Source: Gemmatimonadota bacterium
GTDB taxonomy: Bacteria; Gemmatimonadota; Gemmatimonadetes; Palauibacterales; Palauibacteraceae
Direction of reading: 5' to 3'
Assembly: GCA_039587395.1 (NCBI GenBank)
Contig: JBDHIQ010000005.1
Location: 21,897 to 85,896 of the forward strand
DNA: 64,000 bases
This document shows, in pieces, positions 10,299 to 19,999 of this stretch. A program made the translations under genes and the position numbers. Every line of letters begins with the position of its first letter. Within the stretch, counting starts at the first letter, position 1. Below the pieces are notes generated by a model that had not been told where the DNA came from, ran no database searches, and was given only the letters and a program-made list of their open reading frames with translations.

Positions 10299-10848
10299 CC
10301 AGACAGGGATGATGGTTCCGGGCGGCAAGTGGCTGGCAATCGGGCTGGCCCTGGCTGGCTGGGGCGCCTGCTTCATCCTGGAGCCCACACGCCCGTGGCT
10401 CACCAATGCCGCGGTCGTTCTGGCCGCCCTGGCGGGAGCCTACCTGCTTGCCGGATTCATGTCCTCACGTGTCGCGGTCGTGTCCTTTGCCATCGCAGGG
10501 GCACTGTCGGACCTGATCTCGGTGTATCGGGGCCCCACTCGCTGGATTGTCGAATCCGAGGAGGCCCGCTCATGGCTCCGCTACCTGGCCGTCGGTATGG
10601 ATCTGGATGGACGGTGGATCGCGATAGTGGGTCTGGGCGATCTCCTGTTTCTAGGGGCGTTCGCACTGGCATTGAAGCGGTTGGGGTGGAGCCCCGCAAC
10701 CGCCGTATCCGTGCCGCTGCTGGGGCTGCTGGGCGCGATTGGCACGGGACTCCTGGCCGGCCCACTGCCCGGAATCCCGTTCATGTCGGCTACGGTACTC
10801 GCGTTTCTGTGGTGGGCCGCGGTGCGAGAGAAGAAGTCCGGGTCTTGA
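10291..10848 (+). CDS. Presenilin/SPP-like GxGD intramembrane aspartyl protease homolog
   Basis: About 6 hydrophobic helices; ALSDLISVYRGPTR, IVGLGDLLF and PLPGIP in presenilin order; alternative ATG start at 10309. Confidence 0.65.
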   Translation: MADQTGMMVPGGKWLAIGLALAGWGACFILEPTRPWLTNAAVVLAALAGAYLLAGFMSSRVAVVSFAIAGALSDLISVYRGPTRWIVESEEARSWLRYLAVGMDLDGRWIAIVGLGDLLFLGAFALALKRLGWSPATAVSVPLLGLLGAIGTGLLAGPLPGIPFMSATVLAFLWWAAVREKKSGS

Positions 10849-10923
10849 TGCGGCGTGTGCCTTGCACCATCCATAAGGAGATACAACAAGGGAGTCGGTC
10901 CACCTGCAGAAAGGACGCCACCG

Positions 10924-11337
10924 ATGGCATTCACGATCCGTCGCGTCGAGTACTTCTACACGACCGTCCGCGACGAGCCCGGCGAAGCCTACTCGCTTCT
11001 AACCCAGTTGGCCCGACTGGGACTCAACCTGCTCGCCTTCACCGCCGTCCCGGTAGGACCGATGCGCACCCAGCTGGCCCTATTTCCCGAGGACCCGCGC
11101 CAGATGGAAGATACGGCGCGAAAGGCCGGGTTCGACCTCGACGGTCCGCACCTCGCGCTCCTGGTCCAGGGCGATGATGAGCTGGGAGCGCTGGCACAGG
11201 TGCATGAGAAGCTGTATGGAGCGGGAGTCAACGTGTACGCATCGACCGGTGTCGCCGACGGCAAGGGCGCCTACGGCTACGTTGTCTACGTCCGACCCGA
11301 GGAGTACGCACGGGCCACGTCCGCCCTCGACATCTGA
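10924..11337 (+). CDS. Stand-alone tandem ACT-domain protein
   Basis: VRDEPGEAYSLLTQLARLGLNL and GDDELGALAQVHEKLYGAGVNV ACT signatures; AAAGGA RBS. Confidence 0.85.
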   Translation: MAFTIRRVEYFYTTVRDEPGEAYSLLTQLARLGLNLLAFTAVPVGPMRTQLALFPEDPRQMEDTARKAGFDLDGPHLALLVQGDDELGALAQVHEKLYGAGVNVYASTGVADGKGAYGYVVYVRPEEYARATSALDI

Positions 11338-11379
11338 GCGGACCATCGCGCACCTGCCGGGCCCCAGCGGTCCGGGCCT

Positions 11380-11851
11380 GATGGGTCCGGGCCTCCTCGG
11401 TCTGGTGTTTCTCGGAATCGTGGGACCGGCCCAGGTGGTCCGCGCGCCAAGCCTGCCGGCCACGGAGATTGGCGGAGGCTACTACGAGCCGGCGGCCGGC
11501 GCGGCCAGCCGGCTCCTGGCCCAGCTGGGCGCCCACCGCTGCGCTGCCGGGACCATATCGGAGTCTACGGTTGAGGGTGTGCCGTTTGTCGGCCAGATCG
11601 CGCTGGACGCAGGTACGCTGCTGGCCGTGCCGGTCGAGGCTGCCCTGGAGCCCGGGCGGCCCATCGTCGGCGCCACGATACTGGTGACGGACGTGCAGGC
11701 GGCAAGGCGGTTCGCCTCTGTCCCACCGGGACGCCAGCCTGCCTTCGAAGAGGACTGGCGGGGCAGGTTCGTCCGTGTATCTCCCTCGCGGGCTCATGGC
11801 CTGTGGCTCGAGTTCCTTGAACCGGGCGCAAACGGGCAGTGTGCATCGTGA
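11380..11851 (+). CDS. Hypothetical protein with VOC/glyoxalase-like C-terminus
   Basis: Fills the gap between the ACT and DinB genes; GATILVTDVQAARRF and PSRAHGLWLEF; start uncertain. Confidence 0.5.
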
Positions 11852-12333
11852 TCCAGGAGCTCATCCCCCTGGCTGCGATGCTCGAGTTGAACGGTCGTTT
11901 GTACAGGCGGAGCCTGTCGGGCGTCACCCGTGAGCACGCGGAGGCACGACCCAGTCCGGAGACGGGCCACATGGCCTTCATAGCATGTCACCTGCTCGAT
12001 GCTCGACACTTCCTGGCGCGCTACCTGGGACTGACCCTCGAGAATCCGTTCGGCGAACTGTTCGATGCCGCAGCGGGTATCGAGGAGATTGCCGAATATC
12101 CGGCGCTGACGGAAATCGTAGCGGAGTGGAGTCGGATCGAAGAGGCAATCCTGACCCGCCTCTCGAGCCTTACGGAAGGCGAGGTCCGAGCCGCGTCGAC
12201 GGAACGGTTCCCGATCGATGATCAGAGCGTGTGCGGAGGCATCGCCTTCCTGGTTCAGCACGAGGCGTACCACGTCGGACAGTTGGGATTGCTGCGCAAG
12301 TACTATGCTTATAAGGGAGTTACGTACCAATGA
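11848..12333 (+). CDS. DinB/DUF664 family protein
   Basis: HMAFIACHL and QHEAYHVGQL metal-binding His motifs. Confidence 0.9.
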   Translation: MIQELIPLAAMLELNGRLYRRSLSGVTREHAEARPSPETGHMAFIACHLLDARHFLARYLGLTLENPFGELFDAAAGIEEIAEYPALTEIVAEWSRIEEAILTRLSSLTEGEVRAASTERFPIDDQSVCGGIAFLVQHEAYHVGQLGLLRKYYAYKGVTYQ

Positions 12334-12905
12334 GTGAGAAACAGGTTGAGGACGTGACGACACGGCACGGCCAGGAGGTTGCCAATCTGGCGGGTGGCTG
12401 CTTCTGGTGTCTCGAAGCGGTCTTCGAGGAGCTTGCCGGCGTCAACGACATCGAATCCGGCTACATGGGCGGAGATGTGGAGAACCCGTCGTACGAACAG
12501 GTGTGCACGGGCACCACGGGTCACGCCGAAGTCGTGCGGCTGCGCTTCGATCCCGGCCTGGTCTCGTTTCGACAGATCCTGGAGATCTTCTTCTCGATCC
12601 ACGACCCCACGACGCTCAACCGGCAGGGGGCCGATGTCGGTTCCCAGTACCGGTCCGCGATCTTCCACGAGACGGACGGGCAGCGCCGCGCCGCGGAAGA
12701 ACTGATCACGGAGCTGGAAAACGTGAACGTGTTCGACGGGCCGATCGTGACGGAAGTCGTGCCGGCGCCGACGTTCTATCCCGCCGGGGAATACCATCGG
12801 GCATACTACAGGCGAAATTCCAGTCAGTCGTACTGCCAGTTCGTAATCGCGCCCAAGCTGGCCAAGTTTCGACGCCAGTACCTGGATCGAGCGCAGACAA
12901 CCTGA
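12330..12905 (+). CDS. msrA: Peptide methionine sulfoxide reductase A
   Basis: GGCFWC, GTTGHAE, HDPTTLNRQGADVGSQYRS, resolving Cys in YCQFVIAPK. Confidence 0.97.
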   Translation: MSEKQVEDVTTRHGQEVANLAGGCFWCLEAVFEELAGVNDIESGYMGGDVENPSYEQVCTGTTGHAEVVRLRFDPGLVSFRQILEIFFSIHDPTTLNRQGADVGSQYRSAIFHETDGQRRAAEELITELENVNVFDGPIVTEVVPAPTFYPAGEYHRAYYRRNSSQSYCQFVIAPKLAKFRRQYLDRAQTT

Positions 12906-12918
12906 CGTGGATGGACGA

Positions 12919-13368
12919 ATGAGCGAAGCACAGCGTGGCAGACTCGAAGCGATCTGGATCAAGACGGCCAGACGCGGATCCATGCAGCCGGTCGACAACG
13001 CCGATCTCGTGGCCGACCGTGGTCTGGTGGGCAACGTAGACCAGGGTGGACGACGGCAGGTGACCTTGCTGCAACGAGAGGCCTGGGAGCGAGCGCTGGC
13101 GTCATTGGGGGCTTCCGTGGATCCGTCCCGACGCCGGGCCAACCTGTTCGTCAGCGGTCTGGATCTGGCGGACAGCGGTGACAGAGTTGTGCGAGTGGGT
13201 GACTGCAGAATCCGCATAGTGGGTGAGACCCACCCCTGCGACCGCATGGACCAGGCCTACCGGGGCCTGCAGAAGGCCCTGGAGGCGGACTGGGGAGGTG
13301 GTGCCTACGGCGTCGTGCTGGACGATGGGCCCATTGCGGTAGGCGATACCGTGAGCTGGAGCGAGTGA
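12919..13368 (+). CDS. MOSC domain protein
   Basis: RQVTLL, RRANLFVSG, ETHPCDRMD, GPIAVGD. Confidence 0.9.
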   Translation: MSEAQRGRLEAIWIKTARRGSMQPVDNADLVADRGLVGNVDQGGRRQVTLLQREAWERALASLGASVDPSRRRANLFVSGLDLADSGDRVVRVGDCRIRIVGETHPCDRMDQAYRGLQKALEADWGGGAYGVVLDDGPIAVGDTVSWSE

Positions 13369-13372
13369 TGGG

Positions 13373-13993
13373 ATGAGGGGCCGGAACCGACGCGGAAAGC
13401 CGAAGAAACCCACCATGGCCGATGCCTGGACGGAGCTGGCGGCCCGGCTGGAAGGTTCCGTCATGACCGACAAGAAAGGCAAGCCGAAGGGAGTGGAATT
13501 CCCGCACGACGGCCGGATCGTGACCGTCGACACGTACGTGGTCTCCACCGGAAACACGACGGTCACCTACAGCAGGGCGCGGCTTGGCCTGGTCGTGCTG
13601 GATGGTTTCCGGCTCAAGGTCTTCAAGGCCAACCCGTTCACGTCGCTGGGAGTGCGGTTCGGGATGCAGGACGTCAAGATCGGACACGGTGTGCTCGACA
13701 CGGGATTCGTGTTTCAGGGAAGCAGCGAGTCCGCCGTGCGCTCCCTGGTGCTGGGCACGCAGGTCGGGCAACTGCTGACCGGCAAGCCGACCGTTCGCCT
13801 GGAGGTCAAACCGCTGGACAGAAAGCTGCGGAAACTGCACGGGGAAGACGCACGCCAGGTGGTAGTTCAGGCCACTGGTGCGCTCAAGGACGCGACCAAG
13901 CTGCAGCGGCTGGCCGGGTTGTGCACGGCCACGTGTGATCAGATCGTGCGGCTGGGCCTGGCGTCCGACCGACCCATCATAGTTGACTGGTAG
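13373..13993 (+). CDS. Hypothetical protein
   Basis: Co-oriented with the upstream operon, protein-like composition (GMQDVKIGHGVLDTGFVF). Confidence 0.7.
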   Translation: MRGRNRRGKPKKPTMADAWTELAARLEGSVMTDKKGKPKGVEFPHDGRIVTVDTYVVSTGNTTVTYSRARLGLVVLDGFRLKVFKANPFTSLGVRFGMQDVKIGHGVLDTGFVFQGSSESAVRSLVLGTQVGQLLTGKPTVRLEVKPLDRKLRKLHGEDARQVVVQATGALKDATKLQRLAGLCTATCDQIVRLGLASDRPIIVDW

Positions 13994-15065
13994 GCGCCGC
14001 CGGCTGGTCGGACTGGTCCTTCTCGCGGCGCAGAAAGTCGTCTACCGACTTCGGGACGAGCAGATTGTCGGCGATGTCCGCGACCTCCTCGGCTGCGATC
14101 CACGCCATCTCCAGCTTCTCGAGCTCTCCCTCCAGCGCCTCGCGCTCGACCTCCTCCTGCGTCGCCATTTCCAGCGCCAGACGGGCGTCAGGCGGCAGAT
14201 AACGAAGCGTGCCGGCGCGTCTTCTCGCTTCCTTTGATTTGCCCTCTTTCCGGATTCGCAACCTTTCGGCCTCGCGGGCGGCGATCCTCAGGTATTCCTC
14301 CGGATGCCCTGCCTTCTCGATCCGATCGACGGCCGTTGAGATGGTGACCTGCTTCCCGCCGGCCCGGTTGACGCGTGCCATGAGCTTGCCGACGACAGGT
14401 ACGGCATCCTCTCCGGTGAGGATGAGAGTACGGTCCTCGCCTCCCTTTCCACCCCACCCCGGAACGTGCACGAGCTTCAGGGACCAACCCTCGCCATCGC
14501 TGGACGGGAGAATCCGGGACCTGGCCAGGTGACCGAACTTGACCCGTATCGGGTCTTCATTGGGATCTCGGAGGCGGGCCACGGTGCGCTCGTTCCGCCA
14601 CCGCTGGAATAGCGTGTGGAACAGCCACCACTGGCCTCCGATCGACACGCCGGCCGCCGCTCCCCCGACGACCACCAATCCGCCGGCCGCCACGCCGGCC
14701 GCCGTATACGTTATCGCTCTCCTGCGCCGTCGACCGAACTGGTCTCCCCAGCGCCAGGCTGCGAACTCCGGCCGCATCGGCTCGCCGACCCGTACCAGCT
14801 CGAGGCCATCGCCCAGGCGGGCAAGCCCGATGTTGTCCGTCGAGACCCGGAGCCGCGTGGCCCGAAACCGGCGCTCGCACTCCTCGATGGCTTCCCACCG
14901 CACCTCGAGCGGCGATAGGTTCCAGCGCTCGCAGCGCCTGCAGACTACCCACAACCGGCCCTTTGCCGGATCGAACGCCAGGCGCCGGCCAACCGGGAAC
15001 TGCTCGATCTCCTCATTGGAGCCGAGCGACCGGTGGCAGAAGATGCATGTCGTGAACATCAACAT
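13977..15065 (-). CDS. Conserved hypothetical membrane protein with N-terminal Cys pairs
   Basis: CIFC…CRRC pairs, central Gly/Ala-rich TM segment, acidic C-terminal helix; start ATG 15065 or 15059. Confidence 0.75.
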   Translation of the reverse strand: MLMFTTCIFCHRSLGSNEEIEQFPVGRRLAFDPAKGRLWVVCRRCERWNLSPLEVRWEAIEECERRFRATRLRVSTDNIGLARLGDGLELVRVGEPMRPEFAAWRWGDQFGRRRRRAITYTAAGVAAGGLVVVGGAAAGVSIGGQWWLFHTLFQRWRNERTVARLRDPNEDPIRVKFGHLARSRILPSSDGEGWSLKLVHVPGWGGKGGEDRTLILTGEDAVPVVGKLMARVNRAGGKQVTISTAVDRIEKAGHPEEYLRIAAREAERLRIRKEGKSKEARRRAGTLRYLPPDARLALEMATQEEVEREALEGELEKLEMAWIAAEEVADIADNLLVPKSVDDFLRREKDQSDQPAAPTSQL

Positions 15066-15256
15066 GGTGACGGTTTCCCCCGTCCAGCGCGATGTGGCGT
15101 CGATGATCGGCAGCGAGGCCTGCCGATCACCAGTGTAATGTACGTCGGAACCCGCCCGGAGGGTTCGGTTTGCCCCGCTGCGAGGCATCCTCGAGCTTGA
15201 CACCTGGATCAACACGCTGGACCTCACACGGACCAAGCAACGAAAGGACCCGGACG

Positions 15257-16243
15257 TTGAAACACAGGATATGGAGACGCCTCGTAAGCGGTGGCGTCTC
15301 GGTCGTGGCAGTGTTGGGGGGGATCGTGGCGTGCGACGTGGAGCCGGCAAGCTTCTCGCCTCCGGTGTCAGAGGGCACGATCCAGGTAGATGGCGCGGAG
15401 CTCTACTACAAGACAGTCGGGACCGGAGAGCCCATCGTCATCGTGCACGGCGGTCCGGGTATGGATCACTCCTATCTCCTTCCGGGGTTCGCCGGACTGG
15501 CCGAGCAGTACAGGCTGGTCTTCTACGACCAGCGGGCACTGGGTAGCTCGACCGGAGAGGCCGATTCCACTTGGATCACGTTCGAGCGTTTCCTCGAGGA
15601 CCTGGATCAGGTCCGGGTTGCACTGGATCTGGACCGCATGACTGTTCTGGGGCACTCGTGGGGTGGCCTGCTCGCGCTTCGGTATGCGATGGAGTACCCG
15701 GAGCGGGTGGAATCTCTAATCCTGGTGAGCAGCGTCGAGCCGGGTCAACGCTTCCAGCAGGCCATGATGGAGAATCAGGCGGCGCGCAGAACGCCCGAGG
15801 ATGCGGCCGCGCTGGACTCCCTTGTGCAGAGTGCCGCCTTCCAGGAAAGAGACACGGAGGCGGTCAATCGCATCTTCTGGCACTCGTTCCGGTCCACCTT
15901 CGCGGATCCGCAGGCTGCGGCGGACCTGGTGGTGCAGTTCTCCGATCGCACCATACAAAACGGGAGCCGCGTCGCTGGCTTCCTGATGCTGCCACTGGGG
16001 GCGTACGACTACTGGGATCGGTTGCAGGCTGTCCACGTTCGCACCCTGGTAGCCCACGGCGCCCAGGATCCCATTCCGCTCGAGATGGCTCGTGAGCTGG
16101 CCGGGGCGCTGCCAGGCGGCACGCTGGTCGCTCTGGAAGGGGCGGGGCACTTCCCGTTCGTCGAGACTCCGGGTGCACTGTTCGCGGCGATAGACGACTT
16201 CCTGAAGAACGCAGCCGCGGACGGCGGAGAAACCGACCGGTAG
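15257..16243 (+). CDS. Alpha/beta hydrolase, proline iminopeptidase-like lipoprotein
   Basis: HGGPG, YDQR, GHSWGG nucleophile elbow, AGHFPF; lipobox GIVAC; TTG start after AAAGGA. Confidence 0.88.
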   Translation: MKHRIWRRLVSGGVSVVAVLGGIVACDVEPASFSPPVSEGTIQVDGAELYYKTVGTGEPIVIVHGGPGMDHSYLLPGFAGLAEQYRLVFYDQRALGSSTGEADSTWITFERFLEDLDQVRVALDLDRMTVLGHSWGGLLALRYAMEYPERVESLILVSSVEPGQRFQQAMMENQAARRTPEDAAALDSLVQSAAFQERDTEAVNRIFWHSFRSTFADPQAAADLVVQFSDRTIQNGSRVAGFLMLPLGAYDYWDRLQAVHVRTLVAHGAQDPIPLEMARELAGALPGGTLVALEGAGHFPFVETPGALFAAIDDFLKNAAADGGETDR

Positions 16244-16249
16244 GACCAC

Positions 16250-17167
16250 CTACTCGTCCCGTTTCGCCGCCTCCCACAGCTGATCAAGCTCGTCCAGCGT
16301 GGCCGAATGCCAATCCACTCCGCTGTCCGCGGCGCGTCGTCGTATCTCACGGCTCCGCCGCTGGAATTTGGCGTTCGCCAGGATGAGCGCGTTAGACGGG
16401 TGGACGCGGCAGAGCCTGGCCACGTTGACCACCGCGAACAGGAGATCGCCCACCTCTTCCTCGAGCCTGGCGAAATGTTCCGAACCTCCGGTAGCGGCTC
16501 CGTCGCGCGCCGAACCCTCTTCCAGAAGCTTTGCCAGTTCGCCGGCCTCCTCGTCCACCTTTGCCAGTGGACCCGAAACATCCGGCCAATCGAACCCGAT
16601 CGCAGCCATCCGGTCCTGGATCCTCAGGGCTCGACTGAGCGGCTCCATGCTGACGGGCAGGCCGTCAAACGGATCCTCCGGTTCGCGCCCCGCGCCCTCA
16701 GCCGGTTTCGCCAGGCGTTCTGCACGTTCGCGTGCCTTGAGTGCCTCCCAGTCGGGGGGTTGGTCCGCGTCGCCGTAGATGTGCGGATGACGGAGGCGCA
16801 TCTTCGCCTCGAGCGTCTCGACCACTGCCCGCCCGTCAAACGCTTCACGCTCTTCGCCCAGGACGATCTGAAACGCGATGTTGAGGAGAAGGTCTCCGAG
16901 CTCCGCGGCCAGAGCCTCGTCGTCGGAGATTTCGATGGCATCTGCAACTTCGTGCGCCTCTTCGAGTAGATACGGGCGCAGGCTGCGAGGGTCCTGGCGC
17001 GCATCCCAGGGACAGCGATCCCGGAGAAAGCGCACGAGTGCCAGCGAGCGCCCGATGATCTCGTCGTCGGCCCGGGACAACTCCTGGTGAGCGAGCGGGT
17101 CGAGCTTGCCGTCGGCCGGTTGCGCAGAATCTTGCAAGTTACTCTGGTCATTAGACATAGACGGCAT
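16250..17167 (-). CDS. mazG: Nucleoside triphosphate pyrophosphohydrolase MazG
   Basis: CPWD, YLLEEAHEV, ELGDLL, RHPHIYG, GFDW, EEEVGDLLF. Confidence 0.96.
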   Translation of the reverse strand: MPSMSNDQSNLQDSAQPADGKLDPLAHQELSRADDEIIGRSLALVRFLRDRCPWDARQDPRSLRPYLLEEAHEVADAIEISDDEALAAELGDLLLNIAFQIVLGEEREAFDGRAVVETLEAKMRLRHPHIYGDADQPPDWEALKARERAERLAKPAEGAGREPEDPFDGLPVSMEPLSRALRIQDRMAAIGFDWPDVSGPLAKVDEEAGELAKLLEEGSARDGAATGGSEHFARLEEEVGDLLFAVVNVARLCRVHPSNALILANAKFQRRSREIRRRAADSGVDWHSATLDELDQLWEAAKRDE

Positions 17168-17194
17168 TGTACGCCGGCTGAGGAACAGGTGTCA

Positions 17195-18355
17195 ATGGGA
17201 GAGCGCGGAGACGCGCGGCGCCGTGCGTGGGTAGAGGTGAGCCTCGGGGCGCTGCGTAGAAACGCGGAGGCGCTGGTGTCGCGCCTTGGGGGAGCGAAAC
17301 TGCTCCCGATGGTGAAAGCCGACGGGTACGGACTCGGGGCGCGTCGAGTGGTGACCGCTCTGCGCCCGCTGGACCCGTGGGGTTTCGGAGTAGCCACAGT
17401 CCAAGAGGGAGTTGCGCTCCGCGCCGCCGGAGCAACCGAGCGGATCCTGGTATTCTCTCCGTGTGGCCCGCTCGACGCGGAATCGCTCCAGACGGCCAAG
17501 CTGGAGCCCGCCGTCACCAGTCTGGATGCGTTGCGGGCCTACGCAGAGGCAGCCAGGAAGAGCACGACTCCGCTGCGCTTTCACCTTGAGATCGACACCG
17601 GAATCGGTCGGGCTGGGCTTCCGTGGGCGACTCGTGACGCCTGGCTACCGATCCTCTCGCGCACCCTGTCTGATGTCCCCCGGTTGACGCTCGCGAGCAC
17701 CTTCACGCATTTCCACTCCGCGGAGACCAACGCCGTGGAAACACGAGCGCAGTGGAAAAGGTATCAAGCAGTGTTCTCAAGCCTTCGGGAGGCCGGACTG
17801 GACCCCGGCGTCAGCCACGTGGCAAACAGTGCCGCGGTGCTTCGCTATCCTGAATACAATGCCGAGGTAGTGCGTCCCGGGCTGTTCCTGTACGGTGGAG
17901 GAAGAGACAAACCAGCGCCGGAGTCCGTGATGCGGTTGCAGGCGCGGATTCTCGATGTGCGTGACGTTGAAGCAGGCTGGACCGTCAGTTACGGAGCAAC
18001 GTGGGTCGCGCCACGAAAGTCACGCCTGGCGACCCTGGGATTGGGCTACGCGGACGGACTGCCCGTAGCGGCGTCAAACCGGGGGCAGGCCCTGGTGAAC
18101 GGACAGCGTGTGCCGATTTGCGGCCGCGTGTGTATGGATGTGACCGTCGTGGATGTAACCGGGCTGGAGCACGTGGTTCCGGGGACGACAGCGACGCTGG
18201 TCGGTCGCGACGGGCTGGAAGAGATCACGCTTACGGAGCTTGCAAATACATGTGGAATGATAGAGTACGAAATCTTGACGGGTCTGGGTGCCCGCCTGCC
18301 GCGGATCACGGCTGCCGAGCGGCTTGCTCAGGGGGGCGCGCATGAGCCGGCCTGA
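17195..18355 (+). CDS. alr: Alanine racemase
   Basis: MVKADGYGLG PLP-lysine motif, HLEIDTG, VRPG, VSYG, GYADG, GRVCMD, YEILT. Confidence 0.97.
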   Translation: MGERGDARRRAWVEVSLGALRRNAEALVSRLGGAKLLPMVKADGYGLGARRVVTALRPLDPWGFGVATVQEGVALRAAGATERILVFSPCGPLDAESLQTAKLEPAVTSLDALRAYAEAARKSTTPLRFHLEIDTGIGRAGLPWATRDAWLPILSRTLSDVPRLTLASTFTHFHSAETNAVETRAQWKRYQAVFSSLREAGLDPGVSHVANSAAVLRYPEYNAEVVRPGLFLYGGGRDKPAPESVMRLQARILDVRDVEAGWTVSYGATWVAPRKSRLATLGLGYADGLPVAASNRGQALVNGQRVPICGRVCMDVTVVDVTGLEHVVPGTTATLVGRDGLEEITLTELANTCGMIEYEILTGLGARLPRITAAERLAQGGAHEPA

Positions 18356-18752
18356 CATCGAGAGAGAAGCGATCCTGGCGCTGGAGAGCGCCTACGCGCC
18401 GTACTCCGCCTTTCGGGTGGGGGCCGTGCTGGAGGCAGAGGACGGCAGCCGCTACACGGGTTGTAACGTTGAGAACGCCTCCTACTCGGTGACGATCTGT
18501 GCGGAGCGGGCGGCTCTCGCGGCGGCTATCGCGGCGGGGGCGCAGAGATTTCGAAGAATCGCCATCGCCTGCTCCGGATCCAGTCCCGTCGCTCCCTGCG
18601 GGATGTGTCGTCAGGCGCTCGTGGAGTTCGGGACGGAGCTGGAGGTGATCAGCGTGACGCCCGACGGACAGCGCACGGCCTGGCAGCTCGATTCGCTGTT
18701 GCCCCAGAGCTTCACGCCCCAAGAGCTGGGCCGGCGCGGGGGGATGTCATGA
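18342..18752 (+). CDS. cdd: Cytidine deaminase (homotetrameric type)
   Basis: YAPYSAFRVGA, GCNVENAS, CAER, PCGMCRQ. Confidence 0.96.
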   Translation: MSRPDIEREAILALESAYAPYSAFRVGAVLEAEDGSRYTGCNVENASYSVTICAERAALAAAIAAGAQRFRRIAIACSGSSPVAPCGMCRQALVEFGTELEVISVTPDGQRTAWQLDSLLPQSFTPQELGRRGGMS

Positions 18753-19999
18753 ACGGCCAGAGACCTGCGGCGGCGACGCCACTCCTGTTCCTGGTGGCTG
18801 CCGGGCTGACCTACGCGTGCACCGAGGATCCGCTGGGAACAGACCCGGGCACCTCTCCGGGCGAGACCAGTCCCACGTACGAGTTCCGGATCCCCGCGGA
18901 CCAGCTGGACTGGACGGACACGACCGTGAGCGGCTTCTCGGATCGCGTCGACCTGTTCTTCTCCCAGTCCGGCGACCGGGAAGGCCTCCGATCCCGGACG
19001 ATAGCCAGATTCCCGCTACCCGACACGTTTCGCACCTTCGGGGACACACTGCCGGCGGATTCCTTCCCGAGCGGGTACGTACGCCTGAAGGTCGACACGA
19101 CCAGCTCCTGGCTTCCGGGATTCCCGGTGACGGTGACGCTGCACGAGCTCACGCGGAGTTTCGATGAGCGCGAGGTCAGCTGGGAAGAGGCAAGAGCGGG
19201 TGAACCGTGGACCACGCCGGGTGGCGATATCGGCCAGGTCCTGGGCTCCGCCGTCATGGAGACCATCAGCGACAGCATGATCATAGAGTTCGACGTTGAC
19301 GTGGATTCGCTGCTCATGTCATGGACGGAAGACCTTGGCGAGCCGGGATTCATCCTTCTTGCCGACCCGCCCGGGACGCAATTGAACTTCACTTCCGTGC
19401 GGTTGAAGTTCCAGGCGGTCCTCCAGGGCCGCTCGGCGGCGATAACCCAGGACATAGCAGCCTTGCCGCGCACGTTCATCACGGATCCGCCCCCGCCCCC
19501 GACCGGACTCGGACTGCGAATCGGTGGCTCTCCCTCCGCACGCGCCTACTTCCAGTTCACGCCACCGGACACGATAGACGGCATCCCGGTTCGGGGATCG
19601 ACAATCAATCACGCGCAGTTGATCTTTCACCCTCTAGAGTCTCCTGAGGAGCCCTTTGTCCTGGAGAGACTGATCGGCGGACGGCCGGTGGAGCTCCTCA
19701 AGGATCCTTTCCTTCTGGCCGAACGGACGCCGATCGGCACCCCGTCACCGGAGGTGTTCCCGCTGGACCCGGATTCACTGGCGAACGGCAGGCCTATTAC
19801 GTTCAACATCACCCCGGTCATGCTCAGACAGGCGAGCCTCCCGCCGGACTCTTTCGAGACCGTGCGACTGGGTCTGCGGGCCGATCCCGATGCGCAATCG
19901 TTCGGCTACTGGGAGATCGGCTCCGAGGAGGCACCGGAGGGGTACCGGCCCGAGCTCCTGATCATCCTCACGCCACCCGCGGATCTGAGGGTCAAGTGA
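18749..19999 (+). CDS. Hypothetical outer-membrane lipoprotein
   Basis: Lipobox LTYAC; beta-rich; SW…WTTPGGD segment reminiscent of DNRLRE-type domains; C-terminal RPELLII. Confidence 0.7.
   Translation: MNGQRPAAATPLLFLVAAGLTYACTEDPLGTDPGTSPGETSPTYEFRIPADQLDWTDTTVSGFSDRVDLFFSQSGDREGLRSRTIARFPLPDTFRTFGDTLPADSFPSGYVRLKVDTTSSWLPGFPVTVTLHELTRSFDEREVSWEEARAGEPWTTPGGDIGQVLGSAVMETISDSMIIEFDVDVDSLLMSWTEDLGEPGFILLADPPGTQLNFTSVRLKFQAVLQGRSAAITQDIAALPRTFITDPPPPPTGLGLRIGGSPSARAYFQFTPPDTIDGIPVRGSTINHAQLIFHPLESPEEPFVLERLIGGRPVELLKDPFLLAERTPIGTPSPEVFPLDPDSLANGRPITFNITPVMLRQASLPPDSFETVRLGLRADPDAQSFGYWEIGSEEAPEGYRPELLIILTPPADLRVK

Noticed and set aside
11355-11410. 15-bp-period PGP/PGL-coding repeats
   Set aside because: Low-complexity N-terminal sequence; no evidence of a functional array
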